Assembly (NCBI GenBank): GCA_001563335.1
Contig: LRSL01000044.1
Coordinates: 1 to 56,662, forward strand
DNA from: Candidatus Thorarchaeota archaeon SMTZ1-45
Lineage (GTDB): Archaea > Asgardarchaeota > Thorarchaeia > Thorarchaeales > Thorarchaeaceae
Length of the DNA stretch: 56,662 bases
Direction of reading: 5' to 3'
The translations under genes were made by a program, and so were the position numbers. The notes below the pieces were generated by a model. It did no database searches. It saw nothing but the letters and a program-made list of their open reading frames with translations, and was not told the DNA's origin. Positions 1 to 9,471 of this stretch are shown here, piece by piece (the stretch's first letter is position 1; each line of letters begins with the position of its first letter).

Positions 1-1465
1 ACCTGAGGCTATGGCTGGCCCAACCTCTGTTTCTGCTCTGATTCATGCTGCAACCATGGTGAAAGCGGGAGTCTACATAACAGCACGATTCTTGGTGACA
101 ATCGTCAGTGCGTCTGGTGTTCATGCAGAGATAGGTCCTGGTGACCCAGGATTCACAGCGGCTCAAGCTATTGGATTTGAGGCTGCCTTAACCTTCTTCA
201 TTATCGTAGCAATAATCGGAGCAATCACCGCCCTGATGACAGCAACGATGGGTATGGTTTCGAATGAGCTCAAACAGATCTTGGCTTTCTCAACACTCTC
301 ACAGCTTGGCTACATGATTCTAGCACTGGGAGTTGGTGGTCTCATGCAGGCCAATCACCTTCACTACGATCATGCCTATCTAAGCGGTGTCTTACATGTT
401 GTTTCGCATGGTGCCTTCAAGGCACTCTTGTTTCTAGCATCAGGTGGTGTGATACATGCTGTGCACACGAAGTATATCTCAAAGATGGGAGGTCTCGGTA
501 AGTACATGCGGAAGACACTCATCGTTATGTGGATCGGTGTTCTCGCCTTAGCTGGTATACCCCCGTTCTCTGGGTTCTGGTCAAAGGACTCCATCATTGA
601 ATATACCTATGAGCTAGCTGCTCACTGGACAAACCCACTTGGATGGCTTCTGTTCTTCTTCTCAGTACTAGCTGCAGCATGCACTATCTTCTACAGTTTC
701 AGACTGATGGGTATAACATTCTATGGGCCATCAGAGTACGACACTCATGACTCCCACAGTTCTCACGAAGATGAGAGTGAGGAGCACACTGAGGAAGAGT
801 ATCATGATGAGCATCATCAGATGCCTCATGATCCTGGTCCAGCAATGATGATTCCGTTGTACATCTTGGCTGCATTCACGATCATCGCTTTTGTGGTGTT
901 CCCATTCATCCAACAGATTGCCATAGGAGACACTCATAGTTGGGGTGAGATCATGGCTGAGATGATTGCTGTGAAGTTCAGTCCAGAAGGACTTCCACCA
1001 TTCCTTATCACACTTGGAGCACTTGCTGTTGGAGGTATTCCAGGTTACATCATCTACATTAAGAATGCTGACAAGCAGAATTCCATCATCGGTGAAACCG
1101 GATTAAGTCGAAAGGTCTACAATTTCCTAAAGCACCGTTGGTACATCAATGAGGGCTATCACTGGATATTGGGCAAGTTCCTTAACTTTGCAGCTATGTA
1201 TCGTATTCAAGTAGATGACAAAATAATCGATGGAATTGACTTCAAGTCTGCAGATGCAGCGATTTCAATTTCCACGAAAGTGCGTTGGTTCGATGATAAT
1301 GTTGTTGATGGATTTGCAGAAGGAATATCTACAGAGAGTGTCAGAGCATCTGAGATTGGTCTAGCTGAAACTCAGACGGGACGTATTAACGACTATGTCA
1401 GCGTTGTGATGTTTGGTATTGGGATACTTATCCTTCTCGCATTAGTTACATTGGGAGTGATATAA
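1..1465 (+). CDS. nuoL: NADH-quinone oxidoreductase subunit L / Mrp-type antiporter subunit, 5'-truncated by the window edge
   Basis: Frame is open from base 2 (PEAMAGPTSVSALIHAATMVKAG, the NuoL/ND5 signature); LAFSTLSQLGY, HGAFKALLFLASG, GIPPFSGFWSKD; first of three antiporter-like genes. Confidence 0.92.
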   Translation, partial: PEAMAGPTSVSALIHAATMVKAGVYITARFLVTIVSASGVHAEIGPGDPGFTAAQAIGFEAALTFFIIVAIIGAITALMTATMGMVSNELKQILAFSTLSQLGYMILALGVGGLMQANHLHYDHAYLSGVLHVVSHGAFKALLFLASGGVIHAVHTKYISKMGGLGKYMRKTLIVMWIGVLALAGIPPFSGFWSKDSIIEYTYELAAHWTNPLGWLLFFFSVLAAACTIFYSFRLMGITFYGPSEYDTHDSHSSHEDESEEHTEEEYHDEHHQMPHDPGPAMMIPLYILAAFTIIAFVVFPFIQQIAIGDTHSWGEIMAEMIAVKFSPEGLPPFLITLGALAVGGIPGYIIYIKNADKQNSIIGETGLSRKVYNFLKHRWYINEGYHWILGKFLNFAAMYRIQVDDKIIDGIDFKSADAAISISTKVRWFDDNVVDGFAEGISTESVRASEIGLAETQTGRINDYVSVVMFGIGILILLALVTLGVI

Positions 1466-1466
1466 A

Positions 1467-3083
1467 ATGCAATTAGACTTCGCCATAAACATCCTGAACT
1501 CATTGCCTTTTGGAGCATTAGGATTCATGCTAATCCTACCACTTGTGGCTGCTTTGGTTGCATACTTTACAGGAAAAGGAGCTCGTGTGATTGCACTACT
1601 GGTCACGACCATTGAACTTGCATTATCCCTTCTTCTGGTTCTCGCTGTGGACACCAGTGAAATATTATCTACTGCCACTGATGCGGGAATGGATTTCGTC
1701 GCTAGCTTTGTGTTGGGTACACTGCCAATTAGCACACCTGAAACACTTTTCCAGTTCATCGTGGGAGTTGATGGGCTCTCAGCCATAATGATTCTACTAT
1801 CCAATCTTGTGGTCTTCATCGCAGCAATCAGCTCGAATCACATTCATAAATCTGAAGGATTCTATTACTCGTTGTTCCTACTCCTTCAGACTGGTCTAAT
1901 GGGTGTATTCATGTCACTCGATTTGATCGGATTCTTCATTTTCTGGGAGCTTGTTCTTATCCCTATGTTCTTCATCATAGGAAGATGGGGTGAAGAGGGA
2001 TGTGAACATGCAGCTGTGAAGTTCTTCATCTATACTCATCTTGGCTCAGCCGTGATGCTCGTTGCGTTCTTTATGATGTACCTAATTGCTGGCCAAGAAA
2101 AAGGAATCTACACCTTTGCATTGATCGAAGTTGCAGGTGGAACTGAAGGTCTTAGAACAATATTATCTGATTTGGCTCCAATGATTCAGATTGGTTTTGC
2201 ACTTGCAATCTTCATGGGTGCAGGAGTGAAGTTACCTGTTTGGCCACTTCACAACTGGCTTCCATGGGCTCACGTTAAAGCTCCTACACCAGGTTCAGTC
2301 ATACTAGCTGGTATCTTGCTTAAGATGGGCGGATACACATTCATACGTCTTGGACTTTGGTTAGTCCCTAGTGCTTTTACTAGATTAAGCATCCCATTCG
2401 CAGCACTAGCTATCTTCACATGTATATATGCAGCATTCACTGCAATGGCTCAGACTGATTTGAAGAGTTTAGTTGCGTATACTTCAATCAATCATATGTC
2501 TTGGGTATTGTTGGGTGTAGCAGTGGCTGCATATGCAATTGGGCTTGACCCTCTTATTGCAGAAAATGTTGGCTACATCAATGCAGCCAATCTAGCACTT
2601 CAAGGTGCTATATTCATGATGTTCAGTCACGGAACCATAATCTCCATCATGTTTATCATGGCTGGACAACTCAAATACTCCGCAGGCACGCGTGAGCTTC
2701 CCGACATTAAGGGCTTAATGACAAAAGCGCCGAAACTCTCAGCCATCTTGATTCTTGCATCCTTTGCAGCTTTTGGTCTGCCAGGATTTAGTGGTTTCAT
2801 AGCAGAAGCACTTGTCATTTTTGGTTCCGTTGTAGTCTACCTCTGGTCAGCTATCATCACATTTGGTATCTTTGTAACAGTAGGCTATATGCTCTGGATG
2901 TTGAATCGAATAGTGTTCAGCGAACCAGATGAAGAGAAAGAAGTCACAGAGGCTCCTTGGAGTGACTTAATTGCTCCAATCCTAATGCTGATTCCAGTGA
3001 TTCTCTTGGGTGTATGGCCCGACCTTGTTCTCAACTTCACCCAATCTGTTGTAACATTCATCATTGGAGGTGTTGGACCTTGA
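1467..3083 (+). CDS. nuoM: NADH-quinone oxidoreductase subunit M
   Basis: FWELVLIPMFFIIGRWG, KLPVWPLHNWLPWAHVKAPTPGSVILAGILLKMGGY, GLPGFSGFIAE; multi-TM; directly follows nuoL. Confidence 0.92.
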   Translation: MQLDFAINILNSLPFGALGFMLILPLVAALVAYFTGKGARVIALLVTTIELALSLLLVLAVDTSEILSTATDAGMDFVASFVLGTLPISTPETLFQFIVGVDGLSAIMILLSNLVVFIAAISSNHIHKSEGFYYSLFLLLQTGLMGVFMSLDLIGFFIFWELVLIPMFFIIGRWGEEGCEHAAVKFFIYTHLGSAVMLVAFFMMYLIAGQEKGIYTFALIEVAGGTEGLRTILSDLAPMIQIGFALAIFMGAGVKLPVWPLHNWLPWAHVKAPTPGSVILAGILLKMGGYTFIRLGLWLVPSAFTRLSIPFAALAIFTCIYAAFTAMAQTDLKSLVAYTSINHMSWVLLGVAVAAYAIGLDPLIAENVGYINAANLALQGAIFMMFSHGTIISIMFIMAGQLKYSAGTRELPDIKGLMTKAPKLSAILILASFAAFGLPGFSGFIAEALVIFGSVVVYLWSAIITFGIFVTVGYMLWMLNRIVFSEPDEEKEVTEAPWSDLIAPILMLIPVILLGVWPDLVLNFTQSVVTFIIGGVGP

Positions 3084-4630
3084 TGTTACTTCAACTAGAC
3101 CAAATAGCAGATGCACTTCGTGGAATCTTTCTACCTATCAGAAATTTCCTGCTTTCTATTATCCCTCCAGGTTGGATTATGTCTCTTCCAGCTCTGACCT
3201 TGATCCTCTTTGCAATCATTGCCCTAGTTGTAGGTATGCGGTATAATCCCCTTGGTCTGAGTTTTATTGGTATTTTGCTTGCTGGAATTCAAATGGTGAT
3301 TCTCGATCCTAATGACCCAGCACTCACAGCCCTTATTGGTGAAGGTGGTGTATCATTTGGACAGTTTGTTCGAGACCCTATGGCTGATTTCTTCATCTAT
3401 ATTATACTCATTGTTGCCTTTCTTGTTCTAATGTCTTCCACCCTCTATGGCGGTGATAAAGGGCCGTACAATTTCCTACTACTGATCTCATTCGCAGGTG
3501 CAATCTGGGTAGTGATGGCAACTGATCTTATTGGTCTATTTCTAGCATGGGAACTCATGTCAACACCAACCTACATACTTGTTGCTCTAGGACCTGCTAG
3601 AGAAGCAATTGATGGTGCTACCAAGTACTTTGTGATGGGACTTCTAGCTACTATGTTGATGATTTTTGGAATTGCACTTGTATATGGAGTCATTGGTACA
3701 ACTAATCTTGTTGAAGTTGCTTCAGCTGTTGATAATATTTGGAATATGTTCGCAACAACCCCCAATGCTGCATATACAATTGTATTAGCTGTGGTTCTTT
3801 TCGTAGTTTCCTTTGGTTTCAAGGTAGGAGTGTTTCCTGGCTGGCAATGGGTGCCAGATGCTTATGCTAGTGCTGATGGAAGTGTAACTGCATACCTTGC
3901 AGGAGGTTCCAAGAAAACAGGTGTAGGCGCATTGATGAGGATTCTTGTTATAGGGTTCGTCGCAGCACAAACCCAATGGACGTTTCTTATTGTAGGAGTT
4001 GCCATTCTTACAATGGTCATTGGTAATGTCTTAGCACTTGCGCAAAGGGATATCATGCGGATGTTGGCTTACAGTAGTGTTGCGATGATGGGCTATCTCT
4101 TCATAGGAGTTGCAGCAGCTAATCCAGACATTCCAATCGCCTATAGTCTGGGTATCGGGGCTGCACTCTTCCATGCTTTTACTCATGCATTAATGAAGAC
4201 CTCCGCCTTCATCCTTGTATGGGCACTCTCAATCAGATTGGCAAAGAGAATAACCTACGACGACCTTGCAGGACTCAGTAAACGTGCACCTGTGGCTGCC
4301 GGACTATTCGCAATCCTTATGCTATCACTTGCTGGAATGCCCTTAACAGTTGGATTCTGGTCCAAGTTAGTTCTTTTCCAAAGTGCTGTCGTTGCAGGAA
4401 TGTGGTGGCTCGCGCTCATTGGATTGCTTAACTCGGTATTCTCGCTCGGTTACTACTTGCGAGTCCTGAGGTATTCATATATGATGGATGCTCCTGACGA
4501 CTCGAGAATCAACTTGCCATCTATCCCCTTTGCCGCAGTTGTGATTTGTGTTGTCGCAGTGATTGCGCTCTTTATCTTCCCGTATCTCATTCTAGACTAC
4601 GCATTTGCAGCAGTGCCCTTATTGCCTTAA
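3083..4630 (+). CDS. nuoN: NADH-quinone oxidoreductase subunit N
   Basis: Start placed at ATG 3083 overlapping the nuoM stop (TGATG); AWELMS, ATKYF, FKVGVFP..WVPDAY, RMLAYSS, SLAGMPLTVGFWSK. Confidence 0.9.
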   Translation: MLLQLDQIADALRGIFLPIRNFLLSIIPPGWIMSLPALTLILFAIIALVVGMRYNPLGLSFIGILLAGIQMVILDPNDPALTALIGEGGVSFGQFVRDPMADFFIYIILIVAFLVLMSSTLYGGDKGPYNFLLLISFAGAIWVVMATDLIGLFLAWELMSTPTYILVALGPAREAIDGATKYFVMGLLATMLMIFGIALVYGVIGTTNLVEVASAVDNIWNMFATTPNAAYTIVLAVVLFVVSFGFKVGVFPGWQWVPDAYASADGSVTAYLAGGSKKTGVGALMRILVIGFVAAQTQWTFLIVGVAILTMVIGNVLALAQRDIMRMLAYSSVAMMGYLFIGVAAANPDIPIAYSLGIGAALFHAFTHALMKTSAFILVWALSIRLAKRITYDDLAGLSKRAPVAAGLFAILMLSLAGMPLTVGFWSKLVLFQSAVVAGMWWLALIGLLNSVFSLGYYLRVLRYSYMMDAPDDSRINLPSIPFAAVVICVVAVIALFIFPYLILDYAFAAVPLLP

Positions 4631-4655
4631 GAACTTCAAAATCAAATAGACTTGG

Positions 4656-5216
4656 CTATATTTCATGGCCAAGTCGTTCCTCTTCTTTTCGAATGGCTGT
4701 TTCAACACACTTTGTAAACATCATCTCAACATTCTCTCCAGTTTTTGCAGAGGTTTCTATATACTCAATATTTCTCCAGCGACTAAACATCTCTCCTGCC
4801 TCTGGAGGAACCATTCTATCTTCTCTGTCTACCTTGTTGGCAACGAGAATTACAACAGCATCAGGAGAAACACTGACGAAATTATCATACCAATCTGCCA
4901 CATTGAGGAATGTTGGTGGTCGTGTTACATCATATACAATGAATGCAATCGCTGCCCCTACCATATACCTTGAACGAAGATCTCTGTATGTGGGTTGTCC
5001 TGCTAGATCCCATAGGACAATCTGAGCAGAAGATACCTCGCCTGGATGAAGCTCAATCTCGACATTTTTCACTGCGATGTTAGTTCCAATTGTTGCTTTA
5101 TATGACTCCCCAAAACTATTCTCTGTATACCTCATGATGCAACTTGTTTTACCTACGGCCCCGTCACCTAGTGCAACCATTTTCAATACGTAACTGGGAC
5201 CTTCTTCTTCCAACAA
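4656..5216 (-). CDS. Rab-like small GTPase (Ras superfamily)
   Basis: G1 GDGAVGKT, G2 YKATIG, G3 WDLAGQ, G4 NKVD, G5 TSAKTG; RabF5-like IVYDVT; no C-terminal Cys. Confidence 0.92.
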   Translation of the reverse strand: MLEEEGPSYVLKMVALGDGAVGKTSCIMRYTENSFGESYKATIGTNIAVKNVEIELHPGEVSSAQIVLWDLAGQPTYRDLRSRYMVGAAIAFIVYDVTRPPTFLNVADWYDNFVSVSPDAVVILVANKVDREDRMVPPEAGEMFSRWRNIEYIETSAKTGENVEMMFTKCVETAIRKEEERLGHEI

Positions 5217-5443
5217 ATACCCTTCCTGTGTCTGGTGATGGTGAGTATTCCATTAATTTAACCATTCTGGGAATATAGTCATTGGATTTTTTTAATGAAA
5301 TTATGTTGTTTAGCATCCATTAGGTGGTCTAACAATAAATCGAGTTCCCTTCGAAAAATCCCCTTTCACACGATCCTCCACCTGAATACTTCCTCTATAC
5401 TAATAGGTACAAAGAGTACAATACAATTCAGGAATATTTATTG

Positions 5444-5491
5444 AATGTACATTTTAGTACATTAATGAACATTTATGCACAATGTTTATAA
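5444..5491 (+). promoter_or_regulatory. Four phased TRP-box-like hexamers followed by a TATA box (trpB2 promoter/operator)
   Basis: TGTACA 5446, AGTACA 5456, TGAACA 5466, TGCACA 5476 at exact 10-bp spacing, then TTTATAA 5485-5491; matches the archaeal TrpY TRP-box consensus TGTACA; lies upstream of trpB2. Confidence 0.7.
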
Positions 5492-5525
5492 GAGTCTTTG
5501 AACCGACGATTTCAACCGTTTCTGG

Positions 5526-5747
5526 ATGTGGAAACATGATACGAGTGTGCCTTGGCCAATGGCTTCTGGGTCCCGATGCGGGGCCCGTTTAGTATGTTCA
5601 CCATATGGCACATTCTCTTTACCATTTTCTCTTACTGAACTTGTCAAGACCTGCCTGTTTCATTATAAAATGCTCCACAAATCTACTCTTGATTATGGTT
5701 TAGTAGATATTCCACATTCAGATCCGGTACTTATACGGAGAAAATAA
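5526..5747 (+). CDS. Putative Met-Trp-initiated upstream/leader ORF of trpB2
   Basis: ATG TGG about 35 nt downstream of the TATA box; Trp at codons 2 and 10; TAA ends 1 nt before the trpB2 ATG; no recognisable domain. Confidence 0.35.
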   Translation: MWKHDTSVPWPMASGSRCGARLVCSPYGTFSLPFSLTELVKTCLFHYKMLHKSTLDYGLVDIPHSDPVLIRRK

Positions 5748-5748
5748 C

Positions 5749-7110
5749 ATGAAACAAGAACATGCAAGAATTCAGTTGGATATCGACGACACACCAAGAG
5801 AATATCTTAACATCCTACCGCACTTGAAAAATCCACTCCCTCCACCTATCAATCCGGCAACAGAGGAGCCAGTTAATCCTGAAATGCTTCTCGCATTATT
5901 TCCAGAAGAGTGTGTGAAGCAAGAAGTTTCAATGGAGAAAACCATTGCAATTCCCACCGAAGTGCGAGAAATTTTGATGAGGTCAGGTCGACCAACCCCA
6001 TTACAAAGAGCAATAGGACTCGAACGGGCTCTAAAGACTCCATGTCGCATATATTACAAAAGGGAAGATGTTTCACCAACTGGTAGCCATAAGTTGAACA
6101 CTGCAGCTGCACAAGCCTACTATGCTCAGAAAGAGGGTATTGAACGAATGGCTACTGAAACTGGTGCAGGACAATGGGGAAGTGCAGTGGCACTTGCTTG
6201 CGCTTATTTCGAGCTTGAAGCTATGGTATACATGGTCCGTATAAGCTACGAGCAGAAACAATATCGTGGTACATTAATGAGGACCTACGGTGCAACGATA
6301 GTACCAAGTCCGTCCGACTTGACTGAATTTGGTCGCAAAATAAACAAGGAACAACCAAACCACCCTGGAACTCTTGGTATTGCTATCAGTGAGGCACTTG
6401 AAGATACCATAAATAATGAGAATACGAAGTACACACTTGGTTCTGTTCTAAATTTTGTCATGTTACATCAGTCTGTGATAGGACAGGAAGCTATTGCACA
6501 GCTAGATGTAATTGACCTATCACCTGACTATGTCATTGGTTGTGTTGGTGGTGGTAGCAACTTTGCAGGAATCGCCTTTCCTTTCCTTGTAAACGATCGT
6601 TTCCGTGATACAAAGTTCATTGCTGCTGAACCTACAGCTTGTCCATCTCTCACAAAAGGCGAATATTGCTATGACTTTGGAGACACAGCAGGCCTTACTC
6701 CAAAATTAAAAATGCACTCCTTGGGCGCTGACTTTACTCCCCCGAAGATTCACGCAGGAGGTCTTAGATATCATGGAGTTGCTCCCACAGTCAGCGCCCT
6801 TACTCTAGAAGGGCGAATAACTCCGCAAGCATTTAATCAGATTGATGTTTTGAATGCAGGAGTTCTGTTTGCAAAAACAGAGGGTATCATACCCGCTCCA
6901 GAATCAGCTCACGCAATAAAATCTGCAATTGACATAGCTTTGGAAGCTAAGAAAAAGAATGAATCATGTACATTAGTCTTCAATCTTTCAGGACATGGCC
7001 ATTTCGATATGGCAGCTTATGCAGCGTTAATGAATGGTACTCTGAATGGTGATGAACCAATCGGGATTCCCCAAGCCACAGGTGATCTCCTCACTGTGCA
7101 GGGTAAGTGA
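5749..7110 (+). CDS. trpB2: Tryptophan synthase beta chain, stand-alone TrpB2 type
   Basis: SPTGSHKLN (PLP Lys), TETGAGQWG, CVGGGSNFAG, IHAGGLRYHG, PAPESAHA, FNLSGHG; 453 aa with TrpB2-type N-terminal extension; no trpA adjacent. Confidence 0.93.
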   Translation: MKQEHARIQLDIDDTPREYLNILPHLKNPLPPPINPATEEPVNPEMLLALFPEECVKQEVSMEKTIAIPTEVREILMRSGRPTPLQRAIGLERALKTPCRIYYKREDVSPTGSHKLNTAAAQAYYAQKEGIERMATETGAGQWGSAVALACAYFELEAMVYMVRISYEQKQYRGTLMRTYGATIVPSPSDLTEFGRKINKEQPNHPGTLGIAISEALEDTINNENTKYTLGSVLNFVMLHQSVIGQEAIAQLDVIDLSPDYVIGCVGGGSNFAGIAFPFLVNDRFRDTKFIAAEPTACPSLTKGEYCYDFGDTAGLTPKLKMHSLGADFTPPKIHAGGLRYHGVAPTVSALTLEGRITPQAFNQIDVLNAGVLFAKTEGIIPAPESAHAIKSAIDIALEAKKKNESCTLVFNLSGHGHFDMAAYAALMNGTLNGDEPIGIPQATGDLLTVQGK

Positions 7111-7116
7111 TGCAAC

Positions 7117-7151
7117 AACCGCTGCCCTGCGCAGCGGTTTCTTTTTTTTTC
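7117..7151 (+). terminator. Hairpin plus T-tract terminator between convergent genes
   Basis: AACCGCTGC-CCTGC-GCAGCGGTT perfect 9-bp stem followed by TC and ten T. Confidence 0.8.
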
Positions 7152-7155
7152 CTAA

Positions 7156-8544
7156 TTATTTTGAGAGTTTCAACATGTTAGCAAGAGCTTGAGCTGCTCT
7201 TTGAGGGCTTGAGAAGAAAGGAATCCCAGCTGCCTCCAATATATCATGACCGGGAGGTTTTCTTGTTACTGGCGAGGCAAGAATACTAACTACTGGTTTA
7301 GAGCCCTTTTGAGTTGCCTTAACAATCTCATCGATTGGAACGCCGCCTCCAATCCCCTCCTGATAATTTGGAGAGAACACAATCATAACCGCATCGAACC
7401 GCTCTTCATTTAGAATTAATTTGAAGGCTTCTGAAAATATCCTAGGATTCGCCCAGCCTTGAGCAAGAAGGTCAATAGGATTCTTGATAGGCACTTCAAC
7501 AGGCATGTTCAGCATTGATTGAATTTTATGAGCTACAGTAGGTGAAGGAGGTGGAAGCTGAATTCCATTTAATTCGAGGGTTTGTGCAGCCACCAATGCA
7601 ATGCCCAGTGTATGAGTTACAATAGCAACTCTCTGTCCTTTGGAGTGGTGTTTACATGTTGTAATGACATGTGCTGTGTCTATCATCTCGCCAACTCCTG
7701 TCACTTCAATAGCTCCTGCTTGTCTTATCGCAGCACTATAGAGATCAGAATTTCCAGCAAGACTACCAGTATGGCTCAATGCTGCGTTTCTAGATGCAGG
7801 CGTTTTTCCCACTTTGAACACAATAACTGGTTTCTTTGGAGTTGTCTTTTTTATCTCCTCAGTCATTTCTCTTGCATACTCAGTACCTTCAACAAAAAGA
7901 CAAATTGCATCAGTTTCAGAATCCTCTCGGAGATATCTTAACATATCATGAAAATCGATATTCACTCGATTTCCAACGCTAGCAAATTTTGAAACTCCAA
8001 GATCTGAATCAGCTGCTTGGTAAATCATAAGTCCTGTAACTCCTCCACTTTGACTCACCAGCGCAACTGATCCCTCTTTTAATGGTGTAGGGTGTGGAAA
8101 GAAGGTCGCGTTCAAACCTATTTTGCAGTTACCTGCACCCAGACAGTTAGGTCCAATAACAGCTATTTGTCCTGAATCTGCCATTTCTTTTACTTTGCGT
8201 TGATGTTGTTCTCCAATTCCTCCTAGTTCCTTGAAACCAGCTGAAAAGATAATTGCCCCTCTTACTCCAGCTTCTTTGCATTCAGAAAGTGCTTGCAGAA
8301 TGAATTGTGGACCAAGAGCAATCATAGCGAGGTCTACTTGAGTGTCAATATCGCCAATTGATGAATAGCACTTTGCATTACCTATAGTCTTGATCCGAGG
8401 ATTTACTGGGTAAACATCTCCTCTATAATCTTGAAGCGCTAATAGAGTAAGCGCTCCAAGTTTGTCTGGTTTGTCCGATGCTCCTACTACCGCTATTGCT
8501 TTTGGATTGAATAGCTTGTCAAGAGATTCATTTTTCCACATCAT
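7156..8544 (-). CDS. acdA: Acyl-CoA synthetase (NDP-forming) alpha-type subunit
   Basis: LFNPKAIAVVGAS, VYPVNP, IGPNCLG, VSQSGG, SVGN, phospho-His motif LSHTGSLAG, NPIDL; no ATP-grasp beta domain. Confidence 0.85.
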   Translation of the reverse strand: MMWKNESLDKLFNPKAIAVVGASDKPDKLGALTLLALQDYRGDVYPVNPRIKTIGNAKCYSSIGDIDTQVDLAMIALGPQFILQALSECKEAGVRGAIIFSAGFKELGGIGEQHQRKVKEMADSGQIAVIGPNCLGAGNCKIGLNATFFPHPTPLKEGSVALVSQSGGVTGLMIYQAADSDLGVSKFASVGNRVNIDFHDMLRYLREDSETDAICLFVEGTEYAREMTEEIKKTTPKKPVIVFKVGKTPASRNAALSHTGSLAGNSDLYSAAIRQAGAIEVTGVGEMIDTAHVITTCKHHSKGQRVAIVTHTLGIALVAAQTLELNGIQLPPPSPTVAHKIQSMLNMPVEVPIKNPIDLLAQGWANPRIFSEAFKLILNEERFDAVMIVFSPNYQEGIGGGVPIDEIVKATQKGSKPVVSILASPVTRKPPGHDILEAAGIPFFSSPQRAAQALANMLKLSK

Positions 8545-9446
8545 AACTTGACCGCCTCTTCATCAGAGGTATTTAGAAGCTTCCTAACCCTTGATATTAC
8601 TAGTGCTGAAACTGACTTTCGAGCCTCATCATAACTTGTAAATGGAATTATTGATACATCTGTTTTCTCTGCTTCAGACATCATATACTCCTGTATTAGT
8701 CGCGTAGCTTCGAACTCTCTGTTTCTAACAATAGTATCATCAGTAACTGTTCTGAGTTTTCCAATAGCATGTTTGCTAGCAAACATCGCCTTATGTGTTT
8801 CAAAATCTGGATTAATTAGGACTTCAATAACACCTGGACATAGACCTTGAATTGAACCAGGTTGAATATGAACCCCCTCCACAACAGCAATAGCGCCTTC
8901 AGAAACTATTCTCTTCGTCATTGTTTCAACATGAGGTGTTATGATTTCACACTGTGCCAAAAACCCTCTTACTATTGGTTCCAAATTAGGGGATCCTGAT
9001 TGTCGATGGATATATGCTTGATATGTGTGGCAAAATAACTCTGGATATTTCTCCTCACTAAATATTCCACGAAGAACCTGACGAACTGAGTCAGTGCTAA
9101 TGAATCTGGTAGCAGTGAGATCGTGCATTAGTTCAAGTGCTATCAAAGACTTGCCTGTTGCTGACGCTCCTTCAATGACAACCACAAGTGCTGGTATTTC
9201 TATTGAATCTCCTCGAAGACTCTCGTATCTTGTTAGGATATCAAAATTAGTACGAATCGAAGGCTGGTATGCACCTAGAGATTCGCGGATTTGATTGAGG
9301 AGCTCGCCCTCTGTTTCAATCTGTTGAATCTTTGAATCGTGCATGATTCTTGAAATATCATTATCTGATAGACCACTCAATCTAAGCCGTCCCTTGATCG
9401 TAAAGATTGGAAAAGGAACCATATTATCTCCGATTCGTAGTTTCAT
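8541..9446 (-). CDS. 2-phosphoglycerate kinase-like P-loop kinase
   Basis: IEGASATGKS, STDSVRQVLR, VVEGVHIQP and IQEYM are typical of the archaeal 2-PGK / mevalonate-3-phosphate 5-kinase family; substrate not determinable. Confidence 0.72.
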   Translation of the reverse strand: MKLRIGDNMVPFPIFTIKGRLRLSGLSDNDISRIMHDSKIQQIETEGELLNQIRESLGAYQPSIRTNFDILTRYESLRGDSIEIPALVVVIEGASATGKSLIALELMHDLTATRFISTDSVRQVLRGIFSEEKYPELFCHTYQAYIHRQSGSPNLEPIVRGFLAQCEIITPHVETMTKRIVSEGAIAVVEGVHIQPGSIQGLCPGVIEVLINPDFETHKAMFASKHAIGKLRTVTDDTIVRNREFEATRLIQEYMMSEAEKTDVSIIPFTSYDEARKSVSALVISRVRKLLNTSDEEAVKL

Positions 9447-9471
9447 AGCAAAGTTTCATGCCAGAACAACC

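Noticed and set aside
3014-3082. ORF-track 5' extensions (nuoN 3014; also 19011, 21485, 26218, 33930, 42627)
   Set aside because: They overlap neighbouring genes or promoters and precede the family N-terminus; downstream starts fit better
5444-5483. CRISPR or iteron interpretation of the 10-bp repeats
   Set aside because: No spacers, units too short, no cas or rep genes; position at the trpB2 TATA box fits an operator
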